Of a stretch of 63,760 nucleotides of DNA, positions 8,228 to 17,957 are shown one piece after another. Source of the DNA: Elusimicrobiota bacterium (GTDB lineage Bacteria; Elusimicrobiota; Elusimicrobia; UBA1565; UBA9628); NCBI GenBank assembly GCA_035534315.1, contig DATLSD010000007.1:1-63760 (forward strand). Direction: 5' to 3'. Numbering within the stretch: the first letter of the stretch is position 1; the number at the start of each line of letters is the position of its first letter. The notes beneath the pieces were generated by a model, which saw nothing but the letters and a program-made list of their open reading frames with translations, searched no databases and was not told the DNA's origin. Position numbers and translations under genes: made by a program.

Positions 8228-8601
8228 GTCGGGAAACCCGCGTATTTCATCGCGGCTTTTCGGCGGTGGCGCGCCTTGCGCCGTTTCTGGCGCGCGATAT
8301 CCTGAAGACGACGCGAAGTTTCCGGGGAAAGCCGCATTTCAATCCGGTCCACCAGCTCCCGGAGCGCCAAAAAACGGTTTAGGGCGCGGCTGCGCTCCCG
8401 CTGTACTCGAACGTTTATTTCCAGCGGCGCGTAAGCCAGACGGACGCAGCTGGACGTCTTGTTGATTTTCTGTCCGCCGGGCCCGCCGCCGCGGGTGAAG
8501 CTCTCATCAACAGCCTTGGGATCCACCCCCAAGCGCCGCATGCGGGAAAGGATTTCCTGAAGCTTAGCCGGAGTCACGCCGAAGTTTTCCCGCAGCTCCA
8601 T
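8224..8601 (-). CDS. small GGQ-motif peptidyl-tRNA hydrolase (RF-1 domain, ArfB-like) with a basic C-terminal tail
   Basis: Start moved to the in-frame ATG at 8601 (MELRENFG...), just downstream of the sdhB stop at 8616. Motifs: GGPGGQKINKTSSCVRLAY...VQRERSRALNR. Tail: RQKRRKARHRRKAAMK. Confidence 0.8.
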   Translation of the reverse strand: MELRENFGVTPAKLQEILSRMRRLGVDPKAVDESFTRGGGPGGQKINKTSSCVRLAYAPLEINVRVQRERSRALNRFLALRELVDRIEMRLSPETSRRLQDIARQKRRKARHRRKAAMKYAGFPT

Positions 8602-8615
8602 GTGGCAGGAAAAAT

Positions 8616-9407
8616 CTAGTTGTCGCCTGGTTCTAAATGGTCGGAAAAGAAGAGAGCGGCGCGCGCGTACTCGCGGTTTAAGCGCGCGATATTGGACACG
8701 CTGATGCCCTTGGGGCAGGCCGCTTCGCACTCGTACTCATTGGAGCAATTCCCAAACCCTTCGGCGTCCATGACTTTGCGCATGGCTAAAACGCGCCTTT
8801 CTCTCTCCGGCAAGCCTTGCGGCAAAAGCGCCAAGTGGGAAACCTTGGCCGCGACGAAGAGCATGGCTGCCGCGTTGGGGCAGGCCGCGACGCAGGCGCC
8901 GCAGCCGATGCAGGCCGCCGCGTCCATCGACGCCTCCGCCTTGGGCTTGGCTACGGGAACCGAGTTGGCCTCCGGCGCCGAGCCCGTGTTGGTCGAGATA
9001 AAGCCGCCCGCGGCCATGATGCGGTCGAAGGCCGAACGGTCCACCGTCAAGTCCCGAATAGCGGGGAAGGCTCGCGCGCGAAAAGGCTCAACGACAATGG
9101 TCTCCCCGCTCTTGAAGCACCGCATGTAGAGTTGGCAGGTGGTGGTGTTTTTCTCGGGGCCGTGCGCCTGGCCGTTGATGACCAGGCTGCACATGCCGCA
9201 GATGCCTTCCCGGCAGTCGTGATCGAAGGCGACCGGCTCTTCGCCTTTGGCGATGAGACCCTCGTTAAGAAGATCGAGCATTTCCAAAAAAGACATGTCG
9301 CCCGAGACGCCCGAAACCTCATAAGACACGAAGCGGCCCGCGTCCTTGGCGTTTTTTTGCCGCCACACTTTGAGGGTAAAATTCATCGCCTCGCCGCTCG
9401 CGCTCAT
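8616..9407 (-). CDS. sdhB: succinate dehydrogenase / fumarate reductase iron-sulfur subunit
   Basis: Start taken at ATG 9407 (ATGA overlap with the sdhA stop); ATG 9386 is an alternative. Cys clusters: [30 protein letters not shown]. Confidence 0.92.
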   Translation of the reverse strand: MSASGEAMNFTLKVWRQKNAKDAGRFVSYEVSGVSGDMSFLEMLDLLNEGLIAKGEEPVAFDHDCREGICGMCSLVINGQAHGPEKNTTTCQLYMRCFKSGETIVVEPFRARAFPAIRDLTVDRSAFDRIMAAGGFISTNTGSAPEANSVPVAKPKAEASMDAAACIGCGACVAACPNAAAMLFVAAKVSHLALLPQGLPERERRVLAMRKVMDAEGFGNCSNEYECEAACPKGISVSNIARLNREYARAALFFSDHLEPGDN

Positions 9408-11317
9408 ACATAGCTCCTTTGCGCCAGATGGACGTTCTCGAAAGCCAACGGCTCCTTGCAGAGCTCGGGCTCGGCGCCGGCGCCTTGGTAGCGCCACGCG
9501 GCGACATGGGAGAAGTTCGCGTCGTCGCGCTTGGCCTCGTTGTCCGGCGTTTGGCATTCCTCTCGGAAATGCCCGCCGCAGGACTCCCGGCGCTCCAGGG
9601 CGTCCTTGACCACCAACTCGGAAAACTCCAAGAAATCGGCGACCCGGCCCGCCCGCTCCAGGTTTTGGTTGAATTCCTCGCCTCCGCCGGGCACCGAAAC
9701 GCTCCTCCAGAACTCATCGCGCAGCTTGGGAATCTCGGCCAAGGCTTTGCGCAGGCCCGTCTCGCTGCGGGACATGCCGCAGTAGTCCCACATGATGGCG
9801 CCTAATCTCTTATGGAACGATCCGGGGCTGCTCTTGCCGCCGACGGCCAGGAGTTTATCGATGCGGCCGCGGGCGTCGTTCTCCGCCTGGCGAAACGCGG
9901 GGTGGTCCGTGCCCGTTTTAGGCAAGGAACCTTGCGCCAGATAGCCTCCCAAAGTGTAGGGAATGACGAAGTAGCCGTCGGCCAGCCCCTGCATCAAGGC
10001 CGACGCGCCGAGGCGGTTGGACCCGTGGTCCGAGAAATTGGCTTCGCCCAGGCAGAAAAGCCCCGGGACGGTCGTCATCAGGTTGTAGTCCACCCAAAGG
10101 CCGCCCATGGTGTAGTGGACCGCCGGATAGATGCGCATGGGCGTTTTGTAGGGATTTTCGCCCGTGATGTGCTGGTACATGTCGAAAAGGTTCCCATACT
10201 TTTCCCGGATGGCGTTCTCGCCCATCCGCTTGATGGCGTCGGCAAAATCCAAATAGACCGCGAGCTTGGTCGTGCCGACGCCGCGCCCCTCGTCGATGAC
10301 CTGCTTGGCGTTGCGCGAGGCCACGTCGCGGGGAACCAAGTTTCCAAAGCTGGGGTATTTGCGCTCCAAATAGTAGTCGCGCTCGGCCTCGGGAATGGAC
10401 TCCGGCGAGCGCGCATCGCCCTTTTTCTTGGGCACCCAAACCCGGCCGTCGTTGCGCAGGCTTTCGCTCATCAGCGTCAGCTTTGACTGGTGCTCGCCGG
10501 TGACCGGGATGCAGGTGGGGTGAATCTGGGTAAAGCAGGGATTGGCGAAGAACGCGCCGCGCTTGTAGGCGCGCCACGTCGCGGTCACGTTGCCGGAGGC
10601 CGCGTTGGTGGATAAGTAGAACATGTTGCCGTAGCCGCCCGTGCAGAGAAGCACGGCGTGCCCGGCGTAGGACTCAAGCTCCCCGGTGACGAGATTGCGG
10701 CAGATGATGCCTCGGGCGGCGCCGTCCGCGACCACCAAATCGAGCATCTCCCGGCGCGTGAACATCTGGACCTTTCCCAGACCGACCTGGCGCATGAGCG
10801 CGGAGTAGGCGCCCAGCAACAACTGCTGGCCGGTCTGCCCACGGGCGTAAAATGTGCGCGACACCTGGGCGCCGCCAAAAGAACGGTTAGCCAAAAGCCC
10901 GCCGTATTCGCGGGCGAAGGGAACGCCCAAGGCCACGCATTGGTCGATGATGGAAGAACTAATCTGCGCCAGACGGTAGACGTTGGCCTCGCGGGATCTA
11001 AAATCCCCGCCCTTGACCGTATCGTAAAAAAGCCGCCAGACGCTGTCGCCGTCGTTAGGATAATTCTTCGCGGCGTTGATGCCGCCCTGGGCCGCGATGG
11101 AGTGCGCCCGTCGCGGGCTGTCCTGCAGGCAGAAGACCTTGACGTTGTAGCCCAACTGAGCCAACGTCGCCGCGGCCGAGCTTCCGGCCAAGCCGGTTCC
11201 CACGACCAAGATATCGAACTTGCGCTTGTTCGCGGGGTTGACCAGCTTTAAATCAAAGCGGTGCTTGTCCCATTTTTTCTCTATGGGACCCGAAGGAACT
11301 TTGGAGTCTAGAGTCAT
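9404..11317 (-). CDS. sdhA: succinate dehydrogenase / fumarate reductase flavoprotein subunit (Bacteroidetes/Bacillus type)
   Basis: Start at ATG 11317 (ATGA overlap with sdhC): [49 protein letters not shown]...[17 protein letters not shown]. Confidence 0.95.
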   Translation of the reverse strand: MTLDSKVPSGPIEKKWDKHRFDLKLVNPANKRKFDILVVGTGLAGSSAAATLAQLGYNVKVFCLQDSPRRAHSIAAQGGINAAKNYPNDGDSVWRLFYDTVKGGDFRSREANVYRLAQISSSIIDQCVALGVPFAREYGGLLANRSFGGAQVSRTFYARGQTGQQLLLGAYSALMRQVGLGKVQMFTRREMLDLVVADGAARGIICRNLVTGELESYAGHAVLLCTGGYGNMFYLSTNAASGNVTATWRAYKRGAFFANPCFTQIHPTCIPVTGEHQSKLTLMSESLRNDGRVWVPKKKGDARSPESIPEAERDYYLERKYPSFGNLVPRDVASRNAKQVIDEGRGVGTTKLAVYLDFADAIKRMGENAIREKYGNLFDMYQHITGENPYKTPMRIYPAVHYTMGGLWVDYNLMTTVPGLFCLGEANFSDHGSNRLGASALMQGLADGYFVIPYTLGGYLAQGSLPKTGTDHPAFRQAENDARGRIDKLLAVGGKSSPGSFHKRLGAIMWDYCGMSRSETGLRKALAEIPKLRDEFWRSVSVPGGGEEFNQNLERAGRVADFLEFSELVVKDALERRESCGGHFREECQTPDNEAKRDDANFSHVAAWRYQGAGAEPELCKEPLAFENVHLAQRSYV

Positions 11318-11958
11318 CGCGCGCCTCCCGTGACCAGGGCCCACACGGGCAGAAAAGCGAATCCAACCGCAAGCACGATGGCGACGGCCACGCCCGCCCG
11401 CTTAATCCACGGCGTGTAGCGCGGGTGGCTTATCCCGAACGTCTGGAAGGCGCTTTGGATGCCGTGGCTTAAATGAAGCGCCAGGGCGCCCATGGCCAGG
11501 ACGTAAAAGCCTACGTAATATTTGTTCTGGAAATCCTTCATCACCAGCGCATAGAGATCGCTTCGGTCCGCGGCGAAGCGGAATGATTTCAAATGGACGA
11601 TCAGAAACGCGAGGAGCAGCAGTGCCGTCGCCGTCATGCTTCGGGATCCCCACGTCCGTCCGCCTTTGGCCCGCTGGTTTTGGTAGCCTTCGGGCCGCGC
11701 CTTGCTGTTTTGCGTCCGGGCCACGAGGGCCGCCGCGATGTGCCACATAAAGAGCGCGGCCAGGAGAATCTCCGCCGCGGGCAGAATGGGATTATCCGCT
11801 AAATGCTTAGCGTAGCCGTTGAAGGCCTGCGGGCCCGCGAGAAGGAAAAGGTTGCCGGCGAGATGGATGGCGAGAAATCCCACCAGCAGAATCCCTGCCA
11901 AGGCGACGCTTATTTTTTTGGCGATGGACGACTGCAGCACTTCCAGGAAACAACGCAT
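11314..11958 (-). CDS. sdhC: succinate dehydrogenase cytochrome b subunit (single 5-TM, b558-type)
   Basis: 214 aa and highly hydrophobic, with conserved His-containing helices ([38 protein letters not shown]). It is first in the sdhCAB order. SD GGGAGA upstream. Confidence 0.85.
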   Translation of the reverse strand: MRCFLEVLQSSIAKKISVALAGILLVGFLAIHLAGNLFLLAGPQAFNGYAKHLADNPILPAAEILLAALFMWHIAAALVARTQNSKARPEGYQNQRAKGGRTWGSRSMTATALLLLAFLIVHLKSFRFAADRSDLYALVMKDFQNKYYVGFYVLAMGALALHLSHGIQSAFQTFGISHPRYTPWIKRAGVAVAIVLAVGFAFLPVWALVTGGAR

Positions 11959-12039
11959 GTCAATTCTCCCGAATTTAGAAAGAGCGGCGATGCCGCCGCG
12001 CGCGGCGCGTCCGGCACGGCGTCATTCTACCATTTTGGT

Positions 12040-12045
12040 TATAAT
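12040..12045 (+). promoter_or_regulatory. perfect -10 hexamer TATAAT, 9 nt upstream of ATG 12055 (candidate leaderless transcript)
   Basis: TATAAT-tcaagcacc-ATG, with no SD. Confidence 0.4.
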
Positions 12046-12054
12046 TCAAGCACC

Positions 12055-13227
12055 ATGGACGCTAAAAAACTTCGGCCGTTCCTGCGGCGCTCGCCGCCGG
12101 GCTCCGGGATTTTCACTCATCACAAGGATCGCTACGAGCGCGGCAACGTCATTGGGATACTAGAAGGCGGTCGCCACGCCTTCGACGTTATGCTCGGAGC
12201 GATAGAATCGGCCACAAAAACGGTCCACCTTGAGTCCTATATTTTCGATGGAAAGACGGCCCGGCGATTCGCCGACTGCCTTGCCGCCGCGGCCCGGCGC
12301 CAAGTCTCCGTTCGCCTCATCTACGATTCCCTGGGCTCCCTGGATATGGACCGTGCCGTCCTCGGCAAGATGCACCGCGCCGGCGTTCAAATCCTGGAGT
12401 ACCACCCCGTCGCTCCCTGGCGCGCGCGTTGGTCCTGGTGGCGCCGGGACCACCGCAAAATACTGGTTGTCGATGGCTGCGTGGCGTTTACCGGCGGGAT
12501 CAACATTTCCGATGTGAATCTGCCGTCCGACGCTGGCGGCGCCGGCTGGCGCGATCTGCACTTCCGCATGGAAGGCCCCGCGGTCTACGAACTCGATCGT
12601 CTGTTTCGAACCGTTTGGTTTAAGGAAACGGGCTCCTACTTTCCCTTAATAATGCCCGAATATCCAAAACCTCCGGGAAAATCCGCGGTTTGGGTCGCCG
12701 CCAATCAGGAATTTCTGCACCGCACCCGCATCCGCAATGCCTACCAGCGCGCGCTTTGGGCGGCGCGGGAGGAGGTCCTTCTTGCCCACTCCTATTTTCT
12801 TCCAGGCAGGCGGCTGCGGCGGGCCTTGGCCGCGGCGGCGCGGCGCGGCGTCCGGGTAAAAGTCTTGGTTCCAGGAAAATCAGATATTTCATCCGTCTGG
12901 CTCGCGGCCCGCAGCCGCTACGACTACCTGCTCAGCCGCGGCGTCCGACTCTTTGAATGGGACGGCCCCCTGCTTCACGAAAAAGTCGCGGTCGTGGACG
13001 GCATTTGGAGCGCGGTCGGCTCCTACAACATGGATCACCAAAGCCTCATGCACAACTTGGAAGTCAACCTGCACATCCTGGATCCGGCCTTTTCCCGCAG
13101 GCTCGCGGATATCCTGGCCGCGGACATGGCGGAATCACGTGAAATCAGCCTATCCGATTGGCGGCAGCGCCCTCTTCAAGAGAAAATTCTCGAGCGCTTC
13201 TTTTTCCAGCTCCGTTATTTTTTGTAG
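12055..13227 (+). CDS. phospholipase D / cardiolipin-synthase-like protein (two HKD motifs)
   Basis: Start moved to ATG 12055, because the longer ORF overlaps sdhC in antisense. HKD motifs: HRKILVVDGCVAFTGGINISD and LHEKVAVVDGIWSAVGSYNMD. Confidence 0.88.
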   Translation: MDAKKLRPFLRRSPPGSGIFTHHKDRYERGNVIGILEGGRHAFDVMLGAIESATKTVHLESYIFDGKTARRFADCLAAAARRQVSVRLIYDSLGSLDMDRAVLGKMHRAGVQILEYHPVAPWRARWSWWRRDHRKILVVDGCVAFTGGINISDVNLPSDAGGAGWRDLHFRMEGPAVYELDRLFRTVWFKETGSYFPLIMPEYPKPPGKSAVWVAANQEFLHRTRIRNAYQRALWAAREEVLLAHSYFLPGRRLRRALAAAARRGVRVKVLVPGKSDISSVWLAARSRYDYLLSRGVRLFEWDGPLLHEKVAVVDGIWSAVGSYNMDHQSLMHNLEVNLHILDPAFSRRLADILAADMAESREISLSDWRQRPLQEKILERFFFQLRYFL

Positions 13228-13236
13228 GCTAGCGGC

Positions 13237-13701
13237 ATGCGCCTTTATCTGTTGCGCCATGGACACGCCTTGACGGCGCAGGAATCCGGGGCCGTCAGCG
13301 ACGCGGAACGCCCCATTTCGGAAACGGGCCGCGCTGAAATCAAGGCCAGCCTCTCGGAATTGCTGCGCCGAGGCGGGCGCCCGGAGCTCATCCTGCACAG
13401 CCCGCTGCGCCGCGCGCGGCAGACGGCGGAAATCGCGGATAAAATCCTCCCCATGCCCCACGAACTTCGCCTTTACGAGCCCTTGGGCAACGTGCTTGCG
13501 GCCGAAGAACTCGAACCGCTTTTGAAAAAAGCGGGGATGGAGCGGGAACAAATACTCGCCATCGGGCACCAACCCCAGCTTGGCGATCTCGCGGCGCTGT
13601 TTTCCGGCCGAGAGTTTGATATCCGAACCGGAGGCTTGGTCGCGCTTGAGACTAACGAGGCGGGTGCCGCGAAGATGCTATGGAGCTACAATCCCGGCTG
13701 A
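13237..13701 (+). CDS. sixA: phosphohistidine phosphatase SixA
   Basis: MRLYLLRHGHA...RPISETGRAE...LHSPLRRARQTAEI (RHG histidine-phosphatase motif), 154 aa. Confidence 0.85.
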   Translation: MRLYLLRHGHALTAQESGAVSDAERPISETGRAEIKASLSELLRRGGRPELILHSPLRRARQTAEIADKILPMPHELRLYEPLGNVLAAEELEPLLKKAGMEREQILAIGHQPQLGDLAALFSGREFDIRTGGLVALETNEAGAAKMLWSYNPG

Positions 13702-14277
13702 CGCGCTCTTGGACCGCAGGAAATCGAGCAGCGTATCCCCATATTTTTCCTTCCTGATAAGCGCGAACTCCTCCGGCGCAAAAACTTCTTCCTTGATGTG
13801 ATGCTGGCAGACGGCAATCCCCCGGGGCGATAAAAGCCCCGCGCGCGCCACCTGGGCCAGGGCGGGAGAAGAATAGGCCAGCGGCTTTTTTTCCTCGTCC
13901 TTATAAGGAGGCCCCAAAAAAACCACATCGAACGCGGCAACGCCGGCGCGAAACGGAATCCACGACAAATCCTCCAGAGCGTTTCCGGGCCAGACTTTAG
14001 CCCGGCCCGCGAGACCGGATTTTTCCAGGTTCGCCGCTATAGCGTCGCGGCAAATCTTGTTTTTTTCCACGAAAAAGGCGAACTCGGCGCCGCGGGAAAG
14101 GGCTTCGAGCCCCACGGCCCCGCTGCCGGCGAAAAGATCCAAAAACCTCGAGCCGGGGATCACGTCCTTCAAAATATCGAAGAGCGACTTCTTGATGCGG
14201 GCCGAAATCGGCCGCAATCCAGGGTGACTCGGGGCGCTCAGATGACGACCCCGCACGGCTCCGGCGATGACTCGCAT
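13678..14277 (-). CDS. rsmD: 16S rRNA (guanine966-N2)-methyltransferase RsmD
   Basis: MRVIAGAVRGRHL...RPISARIKKSLFDIL...FLDLFAGSGAVGLEALSRGA...VFLGPPY. Its 3' end overlaps the convergent sixA by 24 nt. Confidence 0.88.
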   Translation of the reverse strand: MRVIAGAVRGRHLSAPSHPGLRPISARIKKSLFDILKDVIPGSRFLDLFAGSGAVGLEALSRGAEFAFFVEKNKICRDAIAANLEKSGLAGRAKVWPGNALEDLSWIPFRAGVAAFDVVFLGPPYKDEEKKPLAYSSPALAQVARAGLLSPRGIAVCQHHIKEEVFAPEEFALIRKEKYGDTLLDFLRSKSASAGIVAP

Positions 14278-14314
14278 AATTTAGTGTCGGCCGCAGACGG
14301 CCTTAAGTCCAATT

Positions 14315-14324
14315 ATTATAAGAT
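14315..14324. promoter_or_regulatory. overlapping face-to-face -10 elements (TATAAG on +, TATAAT on -) between rsmD and the REC-MBL gene
   Basis: Sequence aATTATAAGat. Plus strand: TATAAG 14317-14322, 10 nt before ATG 14333. Minus strand: TATAAT 14320-14315, 37 nt before the rsmD ATG. Confidence 0.35.
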
Positions 14325-14332
14325 AGAGTCGC

Positions 14333-15598
14333 ATGGCGGGCAAAATCATCATCGTGGACGACGACGACATCGCCGGAGATCTGTCCCGCGCCCTGCTCAA
14401 GGACGCCGGCTTCGAAGTGGAACTTCTGACCGAGAGCCGCCTGGCCCTCAACCGCATCCGCCAGGCGCGCCCCGACATCGTCGTGCTCGACATCCTGATG
14501 CCGGGAATCGACGGCCTGAGCCTTTGCCGCCAGATCAAGAACGATCCCGACCTCCCCGGAATGAAGGTCGCCATCGTCTCGGCCAAGTCCTTCAGCGCGG
14601 ATAGGGCAAGGGCCAAGGAGTCCGGCGCGGACATCTTCATTTCAAAACCCTATGACGTAGAAACCTTTTCCGCGCAGATCGGATCCCTTCTGGAGCCGAA
14701 AGAGCGCGCGCCCATTCCGGCCCACCCGGAACCCTTGGATGATTCGCCCAATCCGATTTTTCGCGTTTCGATATGGGGAAGCCGGAGCCGTTCCGAAACG
14801 GAACAGGCCCCCTCCCGCTATGGCCGCAATACGCCCTGCGTCGGCGTCGAAGCCGAGGATCACATGCTTCTTTTCGACGCCGGAACCGGCGCCGCCGCCG
14901 CGGGGCGGGAACTCGAATCTTCAGCCAGGCACAAGGAGATATGGATATTCCTCTCGCACTTTCACGCCGCTCACATCGAGGGTCTCGCCGAGTTTTCGCC
15001 TCTGGCTCAGGCCGGCGGCGCCGTGCACCTGTGCGCGGCGCCGGAAACGGGCACGGGCTTGGCCGAGCTTGTGCGCCCAATACTCGAAACGAGCGCCCGC
15101 CGCGGCCTGAAAATCCAGGCGAAAACGGATCTCTATGAACTGCGCGGCGAGCGCTATGAAATTTTGCCGGGCGTCGCCATGACGCCCTTTTACGCCAATC
15201 ATCCCGGCACGACTCTCGGCTTTATACTGGAAGCCGGCGGCCGGAAAATAGCGTACTGCCCTGACGATGAAATAAACGGCGAGAGCGTCCAGGCTCTGCA
15301 GGATCACGATGAAAAAATAGCCCGGCTCTACTCGGACGCCGACCTGGTCATCCATGACGCGCGCTACACCCGCGAAGACTACCCGCAATTCGAAGGAAAC
15401 GGCCACTCCAACTTTCTAAATACGGTCGATCTGGCCGGAAAATGCCGTGTAAAAAGGCTCGTCTTGTTCCATCAAGACGCGCGCTATTCCGACCAGGAAC
15501 TCGATGAGATGGGCGCCGAGGCCGCCAAGAGGGCGCAGGAAAAAGGATATCCCACCAAAATCGCCGTCGCCAGCGAAGGCTTGCGCGTCGCGGTTTAG
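14333..15598 (+). CDS. response regulator receiver fused to an MBL-fold (metallo-beta-lactamase-like) hydrolase domain
   Basis: REC: IIIVDDDD, DIVVLDILMPGIDG, FISKPY. MBL part: LLFDAGTG...IFLSHFHAAHIEGL (an HxHxDH motif with Asp replaced by Ala)...HDARY...GHSN...LFHQD. Confidence 0.85.
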   Translation: MAGKIIIVDDDDIAGDLSRALLKDAGFEVELLTESRLALNRIRQARPDIVVLDILMPGIDGLSLCRQIKNDPDLPGMKVAIVSAKSFSADRARAKESGADIFISKPYDVETFSAQIGSLLEPKERAPIPAHPEPLDDSPNPIFRVSIWGSRSRSETEQAPSRYGRNTPCVGVEAEDHMLLFDAGTGAAAAGRELESSARHKEIWIFLSHFHAAHIEGLAEFSPLAQAGGAVHLCAAPETGTGLAELVRPILETSARRGLKIQAKTDLYELRGERYEILPGVAMTPFYANHPGTTLGFILEAGGRKIAYCPDDEINGESVQALQDHDEKIARLYSDADLVIHDARYTREDYPQFEGNGHSNFLNTVDLAGKCRVKRLVLFHQDARYSDQELDEMGAEAAKRAQEKGYPTKIAVASEGLRVAV

Positions 15599-16446
15599 CG
15601 TCCGGCCGCGCTCCGCTTAGACAGCCCGCGCACGTACGCCAAGTTCCGGCCGTCTGCCCCGGACTCCTTGGGCGTCTCCAGAATCGCGGCGACATTTTCA
15701 TAGCCCGAACGCGACAAGAGGGCCGCGATCCCCGTTCCCTCTGAAAGACGGCCTTGGCCCCAATGCCAATGATTCTCCAAATGGGACCCCAACGGAGCCC
15801 GAGTATCGTTGAGATGAAAAAGGCGTATGACCGCGGCGCCCACCAAGCTTTCGGCATGGTCCATAAAACTAGCAAGGCCACCGGCCGAGGCAAGATCGTA
15901 TCCCGCGGCCCAAGCGTGCGCCGTATCCAGGCAAAGCCCGCAGGAGATGGAAAGCCGCTGGAGCGATTCGAGAATCCGCGCCAACTCCTCGAGCGTGGCC
16001 CCCATCCGGCGTCCCCCGCCGGGCACGTTCTCTAGAAGGATAGGCAACGCCGATTCCGCCGTCAGGACGGCCTCGCGGATGGCCTGGGTCAAGAGGCTTT
16101 CGGCCGAGGCGGAGTCATCGCCGGGAGAGTAGGCGCCGGCATGAAGCACGTAGGATTCCGCGCCCAGCGCCGCGGCGATGGCCAGTTCCCGGCTTAAAAG
16201 CTCTACGGATCGGCGGCGACGCTCCGCATCGCGCGAACCCAGGCTGGGCACGAAGCGTGAATGGACGATAAGCCGGGAAATGGCGGTTCTCTTCCTGGCT
16301 TCTCGAAAGCGGGCAAGCTCCTCTTGGCCCGGAATATGATGGCGCTGGTATGGAAGAATCTGCACGGCCTTGACGCCCAAAGGCCCGGCTTCGGACAAAG
16401 ACTCTAAAAGGCCGCGTCGGACCGAGGCATGAACGCCAAGAATCAC
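15595..16446 (-). CDS. nfo: deoxyribonuclease IV (AP endonuclease, Nfo family)
   Basis: ILGVHAS..., VHSRF, YVLHAGAY, ILLENV, CLDTAHAWAAGYD, LFHLND. I prefer the GTG start at 16446, which gives 283 aa and begins 4 nt after the upstream stop. The ORF-track start at 16551 would overlap the ALDH gene by 100 nt. Confidence 0.85.
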   Translation of the reverse strand: MILGVHASVRRGLLESLSEAGPLGVKAVQILPYQRHHIPGQEELARFREARKRTAISRLIVHSRFVPSLGSRDAERRRRSVELLSRELAIAAALGAESYVLHAGAYSPGDDSASAESLLTQAIREAVLTAESALPILLENVPGGGRRMGATLEELARILESLQRLSISCGLCLDTAHAWAAGYDLASAGGLASFMDHAESLVGAAVIRLFHLNDTRAPLGSHLENHWHWGQGRLSEGTGIAALLSRSGYENVAAILETPKESGADGRNLAYVRGLSKRSAAGR

Positions 16447-16450
16447 CGCG

Positions 16451-17908
16451 CTACCGGGGACGCAAACCGCGGCCAAGCAGGGAAAGGAGCCGCGCCTTCC
16501 ACGGCGCGGATGGAAAGTACCACACATCGGAGGCGTCGCGCGGCCACTCATGGACGAGAACCGACTGCGGCCAGCAAAACTGCCTGAGCCCTTCCTCGGA
16601 ATGGCGCCGGCCCAAGCCGCTGGACTTGATGCCCGCGAAAGGCAGCGACGGCACCGCGTAATGGATCATCGTCTCGTTGATGCCCACAAGACCCGCCTCC
16701 AGCGCCGCGCCCAATTTTTCAGCCTGCCTTAAATCCCGGCTCCAAACGCTGGCCGCGAGCCCGAAGCGACCGCGGTTAATCAAGGCGGCCGCCTCCGCGC
16801 CGCTTTTCACCCGCGCCAAGGCCAGCACGGGACCGAAAATTTCCTCGGTCATGGCCCGCATGCCGGGTTTGGCCTCCAAAATGACGGCCGGGCGGACCAA
16901 TCCCGAATCCTCGTCAAGCAGCTCGCCGCCGAAGACTTGCCCGCCCGAGTTGGCCGCTTCCTCCAGGACTTCGCGAATGGTTCGCGCGTATAGCGGCGGA
17001 GTCAGCCGGCCGAAATCGGCCTTGTACTTTTCCTGAAGATCCTTTAACTCCGCGAGCAAGCCGCTGGAAAACGCCTCGTAGATTTCGTCCTCGACAAAGA
17101 TTCGCCCGGCGCCGGTGCAAACCTGGCCGCAGTTGGAAAAGCCGCTCCAGATGGCGGCCCGGATCGCCCGTTTAAGCGGAGCGTCCCTTAGCACGATCAT
17201 GGCCTGCTTGCCGCCCAACTCCAGGACCGCGGGTTTAAGCGACTGCGCGCAGGCGGCCGCCACCCGCCGCCCATTTTCCGGCGAACCCGTGAAAACCACC
17301 ATGTCCGAGGCGCGCACGACGTCCTGTGCGGCGCGCTCTCCGCCGGTGACGACGGAGAAAAGACCTTTGGGCAAAAGACCGACGGCATCAATCAGGCGTT
17401 CTAGCCTCAGCGCCGCGCGCGAAGCCCGCTCCGAGGGCTTGAGCAGGACGGCGTTGCCCGCCAGCAGAGCGGGGGCGGCGTCGCCCCAAGGGATTAACAG
17501 CGGCATGTTCCATGGAGAGATAATCCCGATGACGCCGCGGGGATTATAGCGGACGTAGGCGCGCTTATTACCTAGAAACCACGGACGCGGCGCCGGATCG
17601 TCGCCCAAAATCCGACGGGCGTTGGCCGTGAAATAGGAAACGACGGCGTCCAGCGCCGGCATCTCCATCGCCTCCACTTCTGCGGCGGGCTTGCCTGTCT
17701 CCTCGTGGATAATCCGCGCGAATTCCGGGCTCTTGGCCCGGATTTCCCGCCAAATTCTGGCGATGATTTCGGAGCGCTCACGGATGGAATGGCCGCGCCA
17801 GCGCAAAAAAGCCTCGCGGCAAGCTCCGGCAGCCTGCGCGATGTCCTCGGTGGAGCTTTCCTGAATTAAAATCGAAGAATCGTCCATGGCGAATGGCCCG
17901 AACGCCAT
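16451..17908 (-). CDS. NAD(P)-dependent aldehyde dehydrogenase
   Basis: Start at ATG 17908 (MAFGPFAMDDSS...); 17887 is an alternative. Catalytic motifs VLELGGKQAMIV and FSNCGQVCTGAGRIFV. Confidence 0.9.
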   Translation of the reverse strand: MAFGPFAMDDSSILIQESSTEDIAQAAGACREAFLRWRGHSIRERSEIIARIWREIRAKSPEFARIIHEETGKPAAEVEAMEMPALDAVVSYFTANARRILGDDPAPRPWFLGNKRAYVRYNPRGVIGIISPWNMPLLIPWGDAAPALLAGNAVLLKPSERASRAALRLERLIDAVGLLPKGLFSVVTGGERAAQDVVRASDMVVFTGSPENGRRVAAACAQSLKPAVLELGGKQAMIVLRDAPLKRAIRAAIWSGFSNCGQVCTGAGRIFVEDEIYEAFSSGLLAELKDLQEKYKADFGRLTPPLYARTIREVLEEAANSGGQVFGGELLDEDSGLVRPAVILEAKPGMRAMTEEIFGPVLALARVKSGAEAAALINRGRFGLAASVWSRDLRQAEKLGAALEAGLVGINETMIHYAVPSLPFAGIKSSGLGRRHSEEGLRQFCWPQSVLVHEWPRDASDVWYFPSAPWKARLLSLLGRGLRPR

Positions 17909-17944
17909 TATATCATCCGCTTGAGGCCTTTCCAAAAAAAGGGC

Positions 17945-17950
17945 TATACT
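17945..17950 (+). promoter_or_regulatory. -10-like hexamer TATACT, 7 nt upstream of GTG 17958
   Basis: TATACT-gctcacc-GTG, with no SD. Confidence 0.3.
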
Positions 17951-17957
17951 GCTCACC

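Noticed and set aside
8224-8601. Programmed +1 frameshift, as in prfB, in the GGQ-protein gene
   Set aside because: The reading frame is continuous from ATG 8601 to the stop. There is no internal in-frame stop or SD-like stimulator.
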